A stretch of DNA of 61,431 nucleotides, from IMG/VR virus record IMGVR_UViG_3300045988_127488. One strand, written 5' to 3'. Positions 26,301 through 30,929 of this stretch are shown piece after piece. The DNA is from a virus. The position numbers and the translations under genes were made by a program. Numbering within the stretch: the stretch's first letter is position 1; each line of letters begins with the position of its first letter. The notes beneath the pieces are model-generated. The model was not told where the DNA came from. It saw nothing but the letters and a program-made list of their open reading frames with translations, and searched no databases.

Positions 26301-28471
26301 TTGAATCGGGCATACTTGCCCACAAAACCAGGGAAACCAATAGACAAAAGATTAGCACCACTCTCCAAGAAAGTTTCAGCCGCATCCTTGCCTGTAGGCT
26401 TAAAGTTAGGGTCATGCGCCATGCGCTCCAGTATCTGCTGCCCGGTCATGATACCGGAATCCGCAACCTTACCACCAACATCAGCCAGAATATTGGTAGC
26501 CAAACCTCTGCCCTTGCCTACCATGTTGGCAATAGTACCACCTTGCATAATGGCACCTACGGCACTCTGCTTAACCACATCGCCCAAAGTATTGGCAAGA
26601 ATCTTGCCCACTGAAGGATTGTAAACCTTGCCATTCTCATCAAACTGGCCAGTACGATAAATCTCATCAATAGGCTTCGAGATTGCAGACTGACCACCAA
26701 AGGTAACAGCACCATGCACGGCTCCGCTCTTCAAAGCCGCAGCCTTACTCTTGCCGATAAGCACCTTGGCAGCTCGCTCTGCCATCTTGCGCTCCATACC
26801 TTTAGCCATCAAGTCACCAGCCAGTTTGCCCTCAGCCTTAGCCACCATGCTCTTGGTCAACTTGCCACCTGCGGCTCCCGGTAGCCAATAACTCCAGGCA
26901 TCACCTGCAAAGGTCAACGCACCACTAGCCACGTTCTCCCAGAAGCCCGGCTGATACTGCTGATTGGCAATATCCTCCAGCCAGTTCTGATAGTCCGTCT
27001 GCATAGCCTTGCGAGTAATCTTGCCCACAATAGTGTTACCCAAACCAGTCTTCATGATGTACTCAGCACTACCCTTAGGCATCATACCCTTAATTTCCAG
27101 CTGGTCGAGTTCATTCTTAAGAACAGAATTGATCATCGGCTTGAACTGCTTAGGATCACCAGTCATACCGCCATTCAAGCCATATCGCTGCATCACCCTG
27201 AATGCAGCATTGCTCATATCGTTCAGGAACTCCGGATTCCGGTAGAGATTGCCAAACTTCTTCTGCAAACCAGAAAGCACCTTTGCTGGATCCTTAGCCT
27301 CGTTTGCCTCATACTGAGCACCAAGTGCTGTACCCAGACGAAGATTAGCTGGAATATACTGACTTCCTTCCATTCCCTCTGTAAATGCCTTGCTACCTGC
27401 CTCCTGAGCCTTGTTGTACTCATCCACTACAGATGGATTCACATATTTATTAATAACGCTAGAAAGAGCCTCATTGATGTCCTGGTTCATCAGTCTGTCC
27501 TGCACATGCTCATCGTGAGCATAGAGACGAGTGGCGATACCCTCAGCGATGTCACGATAGTTCTGACCATACTTCTGCACAAGGCTCTGCACCATAGCTG
27601 GCTTCAAGAATTGAGCCACATAGTCATCATAGCTGATACCCATGCTGTCAGCCTCCTGCTTCAACTTATCCTGCACGCCATGGCTATACCATTGCGCCCC
27701 GATACTCTGCTCAGCATCCTGCACCGTATCATCAGGCAAAGAAGATACTACCTGGTTAGTTACGTCCATAGCCGAACGGTAGGCATATCTGTGCAAAGCA
27801 GGCATCACCATATTCACTGCCTCCTCATTGCTATTGGCAGTACCATCAGCCAACAAGTCGGCAACCATATTCTCAAAGTACGAACTCTGCTTATCCGGTC
27901 TCTGCTTCCAGTCCTCAATATAGTTGGCAAGTTTGGCATCCATCAACCCCTCATTATTCACCACACCAGTTGGTGTTGTAACAGGAGCCGCATTAGCAGA
28001 TGAAGAAGGAGAAGTTTCTTCCTTCACAGGCTTTTCCTCACCTTTTACAACAGGCTGAGAAATCGCTGGCGATGGCTGATATGTTCCGTTGCTCGTCTGA
28101 ACACCAGTAGGAATCATATCCAAAACTTTTGCTATAAGCCCAGGCTCTTTGTCTATTGTTTCCTGCTTCTTTGCTGGTTGAGCCACCTGCGGCTTAGTCT
28201 CAGTAGAAGCCTTCTGCTCTACACTCTGAGTCGTAGCAGAAGCATCTACCTGCTTACCACCACCAGAAGTAGATGGAGCTGGCTCCAGCACCATCTTGTC
28301 AAAGTCTGCCTGTGTTCCCACATCATAGCCCATGTTCTTTGCCTCATTGTAGTACCAGTCACGATCTTCCTTGTTGTTCAAGTCCTTTTTAAAGTCATCA
28401 TAGCTACCTACCTCATAGCCATTGTTCTTGAACTCATCATAGAAATACTTTCTGTCTCGTTCGTCAAACAT
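11339..28471 (-). CDS. Giant multidomain polyvalent-type protein (5,710 aa), probably virion-delivered
   Basis: A single ATG-initiated ORF of 17,133 nt with no stop. Several enzymatic motifs are embedded in it (sub-features below), separated by charged or coiled-coil linkers. It is the last gene of a late-promoter operon. Confidence 0.9.
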   Translation of the reverse strand: MFDERDRKYFYDEFKNNGYEVGSYDDFKKDLNNKEDRDWYYNEAKNMGYDVGTQADFDKMVLEPAPSTSGGGKQVDASATTQSVEQKASTETKPQVAQPAKKQETIDKEPGLIAKVLDMIPTGVQTSNGTYQPSPAISQPVVKGEEKPVKEETSPSSSANAAPVTTPTGVVNNEGLMDAKLANYIEDWKQRPDKQSSYFENMVADLLADGTANSNEEAVNMVMPALHRYAYRSAMDVTNQVVSSLPDDTVQDAEQSIGAQWYSHGVQDKLKQEADSMGISYDDYVAQFLKPAMVQSLVQKYGQNYRDIAEGIATRLYAHDEHVQDRLMNQDINEALSSVINKYVNPSVVDEYNKAQEAGSKAFTEGMEGSQYIPANLRLGTALGAQYEANEAKDPAKVLSGLQKKFGNLYRNPEFLNDMSNAAFRVMQRYGLNGGMTGDPKQFKPMINSVLKNELDQLEIKGMMPKGSAEYIMKTGLGNTIVGKITRKAMQTDYQNWLEDIANQQYQPGFWENVASGALTFAGDAWSYWLPGAAGGKLTKSMVAKAEGKLAGDLMAKGMERKMAERAAKVLIGKSKAAALKSGAVHGAVTFGGQSAISKPIDEIYRTGQFDENGKVYNPSVGKILANTLGDVVKQSAVGAIMQGGTIANMVGKGRGLATNILADVGGKVADSGIMTGQQILERMAHDPNFKPTGKDAAETFLESGANLLSIGFPGFVGKYARFKDAREFNKKFDFTDQDIAELKRFGYDGLRDAFEKVGIGEYAVVGENAQRLDGQLTQKYMNLMNDKSVPEVLKAKMMAVVEGKRPSSFSPVIDSEVYRGDDGKYYLETYNKDGGVIDRKEYSSHDAARNDEKKLEYEKTLGLASVLEGEFHNEFTQEHLEGLYNKAAQKYNMGEKLTDEDKAAVYLHQNAGAIKEIMDKQQKGIILTDEEQKQINAYRHYYDSALENSSVMREFVNTFEDSHGVARGTLRKALESKDKKYAPLVESYLKELYNSIELKREMKQTMDDLYNTSHGNEQKRIEGENPVSPVEGSAGGQEPPVSEGPASYQDRTKSVPTPSDAEVAANPANVSNSSAEGASPETKVAGSDAFVMGQNAYKNGDSEALQAIDYNSDLATGRLKRAFADNEKMPDIVANAYNEGRDMDQFVAQRASSLTPAQKEAISKYVEAMDAKKGAIDALQHADDGYGEALKEQLWPYQTEDGNIVPATLDSGKQVFLKKDNEYGGAFVVVPDEQGQPMIKQVSKASIIEKGTPVPLDQYIEKAVAQQKDARNKQFISQFDGSGLKPNDQVTVAMEEGDANINMTFAGYSEDGKIVLTDGKDYLPLSKEEFAAWRKNALDNTINEHLDREDDEREQKAVSQAEAEKKQRYNDGIVGLSEGHPDYSSKDTDTKVAADYLQEQYGEDHGKLLNLVNGSRDDIKTQLANKRKAAAEYQNWLDTNADLDPEKAKKVEDELSLVNEQIADLDARFKNWNTIRNSVMTPDEVKAMTEERKAEVEKAGVDETAIVPSDDFHVLVLDDKELKKQYPTMDEATDYITSQRKDIYHTQEDVERKINGVNDMLDQYINGETELDPTQLMELNTTKAQLEALQTNLSVAAKGLKAQANKLSKLYKTEISQQEMEEQGMMTPSEHRKVLVSDAIKKNDLGAIIKIYKDASVDITDLTPQTLEEAVSEYLSPHSLNPESLQYELGKSNFKFGIGKGYDSNKFNYLIAKKGTGMSVNEFAVKVYNDLPVNLLDMGYTDQDVRNTLLDMFKSYDSVKEMKNVAFMNRIAAAEDELASEEEYYEAQKEREIIERQAEIEKYKSYIHEKELSLPSESELDHINGLEFDRMMEIEDREREYKQYVKSILPELADYDDRSNEEGYGGGSSLGSDSSRRGVDEGNSQGEEVGNGEASSESEIGEGSDSGRKGRQETGSMEPGEGSAVRGSHLPQEASFGERLKSAIAETEPNPSEAQKKAGNYKKGHLSFGGYDFTVETPKGTTRSGNDEQGKPWSVTMHDTYGYILGKIGVDGDHIDMFINDAADLDSFDGNVYVVDQVNPETGEFDEHKVMYGYPSEEAATEAYLANYSKGWKGLGKVTSVPKATFDKWLESSDRKTKPFADYAMVQKEQAKFDRDVKEVKPSDMTEAQKVAYDAVSTMLKKAGIPVKVVSNEDMEKVADAQDNLNLAMLLNQPEMRFKIKTPEEKQAAENAYNFAKDLRPNKWAQYAVVDMSNPNKMPEYYQKQELARKERTYLNRLMWGNYKVFNLDKSFEDNVAGLTGSFPSEFDPYKIAAQTSKKDELKKQIKETEEAYKSTGQERKEYQNQLMKEYMDEHGLDSENDIPDDVWNDCRNKSFEKYQDKLDSLFAKYKDLDRQLKAIAEPGVRFLRTYHGTGASFSEFDFDHMVEGEGSQAFGWGGYVTSSKKIGKNYATLMDNDPSRAYYRIQHSNGTRFAKKYPTLESFLHGDKQIAMNDKFTEQEKIDFYNEMKKLAEPYHNLYEVDIPDDNGSNYLDWDAPLTDKQKNTIIKELRRLKIDFDDFKKRGFSFDGSFGGNAYDFLMYALRRTKKWKDVDASRAVSKFLSSIGYTGIKYKAGRNFGGAEEGDTNYVIFKPEDMKIVDHTKFAQGKGVVYGYTDGKEIVLNQEHLNPNTPIHEYQHLWRTAAKNMNPELIEYGDKLIMQTQLFADLKKDPNYNHLTDEQICDEAFARLTGEDGAAILEQMAKDAIKENPLDTAKELSVINKLKEWLKKFWYWTLDTFTKWKPEDIKKMTLEDIRNLVLRDLANGVDPRNVKSRMTKEDAVSLRKQMADNAEQERILEHTEENWLKEFGKDSRVTTPIGSIKLGENQYKKAGRNDRIKRFGLLKPTLERPDVILEKSAPKEGAERQTKYLFIKSFKKADGNKILNYESITVKQGEEEVAISAHQIDPSKVLKELTESKVLWNRFRGDSNSLGENQGSALTPSANNPSGKDSVLNPHSDAKIRNNIETAKGNGGNLSVEDKIMAVSQQFGVDEADVAMYANAIKKGSTAEAARARANIKRHLLQANEDKISSLKELLKYTVPVNNALKENFGDLDAMIEERVKQVEAQRNAMEAARKRAEEEEAKRQKHLEELSVIPDDQLDKQYMDALAKGDDATAREMLDEAARRKGYDDTESAYQGVGAWAAPGNPGYESDKARRDDWESSGSDVNLEDIALGYAPQPDDYFSHPERYSQNTPHGLESVKAINAAIDAIKNGEKDVKVKVYRAVPTSVKEGKLRNGDWVTPSKKYAEMHGTNRLEGKYRIIEDEVPATQLWWDGNDANEFGFDDGKAYKYKNAKNNRKLNDLVTYDDKGDVIPPSKRFNSRKSDVRFMFAGEKGAAEADKAEEQTIRMDNLDVAKQMEVSKKNAKIIKMATGWEKGVDGKWRYEMPDAKIKDMKDIGGGNIVKRFDDDMLWNDGKLTNVIDAPGLFEAYPQLKDVRIDTDAIMNDMPSNGNYNAKTNTITIHADELKYMNSILNHEIQHAIQYIEGFGKGGSPEQMEKEFKEAQDEWKARAYAHELEEKAKELGGEYNQSEVEKALVEEYKDLDMSDELPDKETRIKGFNYFARGYADRSMDDAIKRFRLNESTRSDFDSYKEYLKLAGEVESRNVEKRLGMTDEERRNSLAEETEDVNRDEQIVMNGNDASYSIVKDPETIKKLDKEDTVKVYRAMQVGEDGKLYPPMAAKVKGKFVQPIELGKWEQADERPELADDKGMFTLNKGNGKSLKAAYNPYLHTSRTPLNDQFSEAQNRPNIVTVEVEVPKSELTSGYKADKAKDAVGEVEWKAGIIQGQLTGKRKVVLSRWDKPVRIVPDSEVADVIVNDMFKGKNITMPSNVVTPSLRKELEKRGVPFVETDNRGRIVGGENDGVHYSKVYGKNAQSPIVEQKLKKHPDSLMKAGTYFSGGGLVEEGLKGIIDPVVAVEYDRKISGVYRNNFGQHIVTADVRDVDPKELVKHIDGEVEYFHASPVCKNYSQAKSNSGEVELDKETAKSTADFIDAVKPRVVTIENVKGYKDSEAMKIITQALDKNGYTWDADVYNAADYGGYTSRERLIVRAVKDGELPEKPKKQPRKGGWLEAVEDILPTLTVKESGVAPWMDARLKADGIDWQKVEKPLYVMGSAYADGKIPHAYGDEILPTLRTKSGDVIIMPGGKVLRADGRVLARITGLGDDYLLPKTESLAHTIIGNGIPVQLTQGVIAPLLNKDDLSGRNVLARLGKSIFKNDWDADKQKKVSDQVVNTANKLGGAEATVYTSVDEVPDAYLSEVKNGATGWYDPETHTVHVYLPNCADASEAERTVLHEKIGHEGMEVLLGGEDEVRKFANFVYNSVAASTRGKILEIANEYDPDWKNPDRMNVGTQEYIAHLAEEGPKTAEDFTLWTKIKHYLIRFLKKLGIRVPGLLNDKDLRYYLMKAGKALHVWDNMPKEKQEAMMKQASNAEIKDSLGEGAKNGKPRQKKGESTIQYMKRVQEWRKWKNAREDKEDPEPPMFYDIDKDEAGKKEWAQLNKDWRERHHLAGEEPMGMPIRMEGEEDGAYMTRIHEYEKWKEAMKDQEDPMPDMFAYEKKKQEEVKRKYEDWLSRHELLEQQQADLDLYEGKIYPAETNPKADDLEQQVMQDLAEVTSTDVSKEGAAKTVKHAVIHRRKNMEEASADDAIYINDVKNRIEKMADSGAFDKLLSDYKGKPNRAEKLAEAIPYIIEAPRRLRDLAHDLNATGAFDKGHIHIQPADVEAIQPYVADLIAETGKKHTELKDGKEVEVYDDPQAVSEVASKMAQVINANHQGEEGFVPIDGTDILSEHVLPLVKQQIVPVGIDYKNLSPEMKAAIDSIRDWYNYTYDWLKDNHTLREDTGYNADYVNHIWDKEKSDPEAYATFVENRQRTKSPNEKPRTISTLMEGISVGLVPKTTDITKMMAYYSRSNIEAWVNKTMLQELSGLNVIERNEDGEIVSSDALLSSTPPFNLEQYKYFEIPGVGPVWVYNVSPRQMKVKNPITGKERVLYSEASAGDRFGVVFESYQSSPFWKAFDTLASSAKKLELGFSGFHAGALTEVYMVQNMVEFGPKKAMANFMKYIFVDTMKNHELPCFANPEDFQEAATHLVKFGATNDYAAADVQNMFDNMRDAMIKVQEKLKDGNKISGTVALATMPLKVATQMLSLINKGMDRALWDFLHDGLKLATYRMRADKTKERAKKKGWTEEELSRALDEDGQFVNDMFGGQHWDILGASHRTLRYAGRVLLSPDWNASTTRHFLALTGYGSIWNEATFENFKHYYKRLGHGILTPEDEGRRSRQISALLCYGIGFMVFYEGIANGINAAFRALDEEKERKKAEEIRKTNPSYKSMYELAYPDGMNWYDYLMRGNSLGQQSKIFLGRYEDGTEMYVRHGKQFREVPEYLFNHKGELEFPGPMVQRMIGKANPMVRMTLDDINYLSDFQASHADQEIQRKYGKTIGLLYKDALYWAPFLIPSQENKEFKAVDFFFPSSKGFSPWKAQSYFKDFILSGDMEGIAMTYQSCQRNGIDAEAQIKAAIGSVKALESAEMSDGVTSLQEAIKRFDAAKSITEKKKMRQKMKKFLSQSDYKAFTQKEALDMVQGYLNGDEDLKEMEKAESKYLMAAKAEDVTEDWRIQNAWNGTMEAYQEYQRLKDIDKAKANAFKNSKTNKRLFAARKAISAAKKKMNKAKKQMDGTNGAAKMVEIRKTRKELLKTLNGME
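15200..15760 (-). other. Zincin-like metallopeptidase module 3 within the giant ORF
   Basis: TVLHEKIGHEGMEVLLGG (nt about 15550-15578) contains the HExxxH / HExxGHxG signature. Confidence 0.45.
15880..16790 (-). other. C5-cytosine DNA methyltransferase domain within the giant ORF
   Basis: Motif I YFSGGGL (about 16751-16770). Motif IV-like ASPVCKNYS (about 16558-16570). Motif VI TIENV (about 16439-16450). Motif VIII YTSRERLIV. Motif X IGNGIPVQL (about 15899-15915). Confidence 0.75.
17000..17485 (-). other. Conserved module beginning DTVKVYRAMQ...LYPPM (function unknown)
   Basis: Shares the VKVYRA start signature with the module at 18560..18810. No catalytic assignment is possible from sequence alone. 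Confidence 0.3.
17960..18345 (-). other. Zincin-like metallopeptidase module 2 within the giant ORF
   Basis: GWEKGVDGKWRYEMPD...NSILNHEIQHAIQYIEGFGKGG, with the HExxH at nt about 18020-18034. Confidence 0.5.
18560..18810 (-). other. Module KVKVYRAVPTSV...GDWVTPSKKYAEMHG...ANEFGFD (possible R-S-E type ADP-ribosyltransferase-like)
   Basis: The spacing of an Arg (YRAV), a Ser/Thr-x-Ser (TPS) and a Glu (NEF) is reminiscent of R-S-E ARTs. This is a weak motif-level call. Confidence 0.3.
20250..20650 (-). other. Zincin-like metallopeptidase module 1 within the giant ORF
   Basis: NTPIHEYQHLWRTAAKN has its HExxH at nt about 20552-20566. It directly follows the ART-like module. Confidence 0.5.
20660..21370 (-). 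other. ADP-ribosyltransferase-like module (H-Y-E style signature) within the giant ORF
   Basis: RTYHGTGASFSEFDFDHM, GWGGYVTSS and DTNYVIFKPEDMKIV appear in the order expected for H-Y-E ARTs. Confidence 0.4.
22155..22625 (-). other. Family-I inorganic pyrophosphatase-like domain within the giant ORF
   Basis: FTVETPKGTTRSG...TYGYILGKIGVDGDHIDMFI closely parallels my recollection of the E. coli PPase core, [20 protein letters not shown]. Confidence 0.65.
26440..26950 (-). other. Gly/Ala-rich hydrophobic segment within the giant ORF
   Basis: GFWENVASGALTFAGDAWSYWLPGAAGG...GAVHGAVTFGG...AVGAIMQGGTIANMVGKGRGLATNILADVGG has small-residue helix-packing character. Confidence 0.4.
28292..28456 (-). 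repeat. Two tandem copies of an approx. 25-aa motif at the N-terminus of the giant protein
   Basis: RKYFYDEFKNNGYEVGSYDDFKKDL is followed by RDWYYNEAKNMGYDVGTQADFDKMV. Confidence 0.6.
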
Positions 28472-28492
28472 ATCTTGATTATTTAATGATTA

Positions 28493-29743
28493 TTACTTTC
28501 TTCTCGATGGTGGAACCTTACTTCCGCCTCTACGTGAAGGAGGTACTTTACTGCCACCTCTACGTGAAGGAGGAGTCCGGTCATGCTTCATCTTTGCCCT
28601 AGCGTAAGCAGATGCCTGCTGTCTGTTCTTCTCATTAGCCCAAGTGCCACCTCTGCCATCATTACCACCGATTGCCATACCATTGTGTGTAGCCCATTCA
28701 TTTACATGCTTCTTGAAAACAGGGTCATTCACATACCTGGTGTTGAAACCATCCGCCTCCTTCTGGTTAGCATTCCTCTGATTCTGTCCCTCTGTTTGCG
28801 AATTGATATGCTTAACTTGCGCTCCCTTAACGTTAACGCTAGCATTATGATCAGCAGCTCCGGCATTGGCATTATTAGCTTGAGCATCAAGTAACTTTCC
28901 CTTCTTGCCTCTCAAAGCCTCCTCAGTCTCTTTCTTAGAAGTACTGAGTGCAGCCTGTGCAGCAGCAGCATTACCTCTCTCCTGCTCTGTCTTAACCTTA
29001 ACAGGAGTGAGAGCATCCGTTTGATTCTTCTGTGATGCACGATATTCAGCTAGTTTCTCATTTGCCTTTGCAGCAGCCTCTGCCTGCATCTGTGCCTGCT
29101 TGTCTTGACGGTCCTTCCAGATATTCACCATCATTTGGTTATATCCCTTGGCACGAAGAGCCTCAGTAGCCTCTCTTATCTTGCGTTGTCGATCAGTAAG
29201 TTCTTGTGCAGATTCTATTTTTTGCGATGGAGCACCTTGAACTGTACCAAAAAAGTTACCCAAGTGCATAAAAAGATTTCCCCATTGTTCCCATTTTGCT
29301 TTCCTCTCCGCTTTCTTCTTTAAGGCTTCATTGGCTGCTACGGTTTTATCTCCATCACCCAGAGTATTGAGCCATGGCAAAAAGACTGACCAGTTTCCAT
29401 CACCATTCTTCTGGTAGTCCCTCATGATGTCATACGGCTTCATCTGCTGCAAGATAGGATTCTGTTCTATCTCGGCATAAGGTCTGCTCCAGTCTATCTT
29501 GATACCTTGGTTAGGCTCCACCTTGGTAACTTCCTCGGTTGGCTGCTGGGCAAAAGATTCCTTGCCACCATTCCCAGTAATACCGGTTGTATCTATGGCT
29601 GTACCCTTTCCCGGTTCTGTATCAGTTGTCTGAACTGGTACTGCAACCTCCGGCTTCACCGCATTATCATCAGGAAAATCAGTAATAGGAGTTGCTGCTG
29701 TTGCCGGACGTTTAGGAGTTAAATCATCCAATATAAATCCCAT
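28493..29743 (-). CDS. Hypothetical protein (Q/A/K-rich coiled-coil, basic repeat tail), possible internal virion protein
   Basis: 416-aa ATG ORF lying 21 nt upstream of the giant ORF. The C-terminus has PPSRRGGSKV repeats. Confidence 0.55.
   Translation of the reverse strand: MGFILDDLTPKRPATAATPITDFPDDNAVKPEVAVPVQTTDTEPGKGTAIDTTGITGNGGKESFAQQPTEEVTKVEPNQGIKIDWSRPYAEIEQNPILQQMKPYDIMRDYQKNGDGNWSVFLPWLNTLGDGDKTVAANEALKKKAERKAKWEQWGNLFMHLGNFFGTVQGAPSQKIESAQELTDRQRKIREATEALRAKGYNQMMVNIWKDRQDKQAQMQAEAAAKANEKLAEYRASQKNQTDALTPVKVKTEQERGNAAAAQAALSTSKKETEEALRGKKGKLLDAQANNANAGAADHNASVNVKGAQVKHINSQTEGQNQRNANQKEADGFNTRYVNDPVFKKHVNEWATHNGMAIGGNDGRGGTWANEKNRQQASAYARAKMKHDRTPPSRRGGSKVPPSRRGGSKVPPSRRK
28496..28573 (-). 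repeat. 30-nt tandem repeat (2.6 copies) encoding PPSRRGGSKV-PPSRRGGSKV-PPSRRK
   Basis: Units lie at 28514-28543 and 28544-28573, with a partial unit at 28496-28513. Read directly from the sequence. Confidence 0.85.
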
Positions 29744-29757
29744 AATTACCTCCTTCC

Positions 29758-30261
29758 TTAAATTGGCAATTCACTTGCAGCTCCAGCCAAGCCACCAACT
29801 GCATCCGTGATACCCTGGGCAGTAGAAAGAGCCTTCTCCTTCTTGGCTGTGGCGATGTAGTTAGTCATCTGGTCTATCTGCGAATCAGCAGTATTCCAGA
29901 CATTTTCTTTCGTTTGAGCACCTTGCACGGCAGCCTGCTGCATGATATTACCCACCTGCTGCTGGGCAGCCTGTTTACTGAGCGCAACCGCTTCATCAGA
30001 TCCACCACTAACAATATTGGTGTTCTTTGCGGTTGCTGTAGCATTATCCAATACCTTCTGGGCATTGGTCACGGCTACCTGATTCTCCGCCGACTGAGTA
30101 GGATCCTGATAATACAAGTTGTCACGATGATCCTTCACCTGTTGCATACGGTCTTGAAACATGTTGATATAATCATTATATCCCTTGTTTCTTGCTTTAG
30201 CTGATAGTGCGCCACCTACAGCAGAGGTCAGTCCACCAGCAATACTTCCAATAATTCCCAT
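29758..30261 (-). CDS. Hypothetical Gly-rich protein, first gene of the giant-ORF operon
   Basis: 167-aa ATG ORF with Gly-rich termini (MGIIGSIAGGLTSAVGGALS...GGLAGAAS). Confidence 0.5.
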   Translation of the reverse strand: MGIIGSIAGGLTSAVGGALSAKARNKGYNDYINMFQDRMQQVKDHRDNLYYQDPTQSAENQVAVTNAQKVLDNATATAKNTNIVSGGSDEAVALSKQAAQQQVGNIMQQAAVQGAQTKENVWNTADSQIDQMTNYIATAKKEKALSTAQGITDAVGGLAGAASELPI

Positions 30262-30290
30262 AAAATTCGAATTTTAATGTTTAAACTGTT

Positions 30291-30338
30291 CAAAAGTAAT
30301 GCGTTTTTCTTACCTGTCTGTGATAAGTTCCGCAACTT
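30291..30338 (-). promoter_or_regulatory. Phage-specific promoter (AAGTTGCGGAACTTATCAC-N21-TACTTTTG) for the 30261-to-11339 operon
   Basis: Same box, the same 21-nt spacer and a canonical -7 box. Confidence 0.65.
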
Positions 30339-30364
30339 GAACACCAAGTTTCGTAATTATTTCC

Positions 30365-30372
30365 TATATTTG
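30365..30372 (+). promoter_or_regulatory. Bacteroidota-type -7 box (TATATTTG) for gene 30413
   Basis: Matches TAnnTTTG and lies 40 nt upstream of the ATG. Confidence 0.45.
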
Positions 30373-30412
30373 CACCCGAAAACTATCAGTAAACATTAAA
30401 AATCAATAGAAT

Positions 30413-30796
30413 ATGGCAGTAAAACAAGACAATAATAATGAGCCGAAGCCAAAGAGGAAGAAGACTGGCGGACGTAAGGCTGGCACACCTAATAAGGTTA
30501 CCAAAAGTGTTCGTGAGAGCCTACGTGATGCCCTTACTGGCTACATCAATGGTATCAATGAGAAGAACTATTCACTTTTCACGGATCTCATGCAGATTGA
30601 CGAGCCTGCCGGACGTCTGGCGATGGTGGCAAAGTTCCTTCCATACGTGGCTCCAAAACTACAGTCGGTATCGTTCAATAATGATGAATCCAGAAACTTA
30701 TCTGTGGAGGAATCTTTCATGCAGTTGGAAGAGAAATTTGAGAAACAAGAAACCACTATCAACATCAAAAATCTCAAAATTGTTAATAATGGCTAA
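30413..30796 (+). CDS. Putative DNA-binding protein with a basic N-terminus (KRKKTGGRKAGTPNKVT)
   Basis: 127-aa ORF. The GGRKxGxPNK-type basic motif is common in small phage DNA-binding or small-terminase-like proteins. The function is not established here. Confidence 0.45.
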   Translation: MAVKQDNNNEPKPKRKKTGGRKAGTPNKVTKSVRESLRDALTGYINGINEKNYSLFTDLMQIDEPAGRLAMVAKFLPYVAPKLQSVSFNNDESRNLSVEESFMQLEEKFEKQETTINIKNLKIVNNG

Positions 30797-30929
30797 TTAT
30801 AAAAAATGGGTAGCCCTCTCTAAATTTTCTTCAACTTTAGAGAAGACTACCCTTGACTTGGTTATCGAGCAAAAACGCTCTGTTTTAACTTATATTGGGT
30901 CAATTTTAATCTGTATTAACACAAAATAG

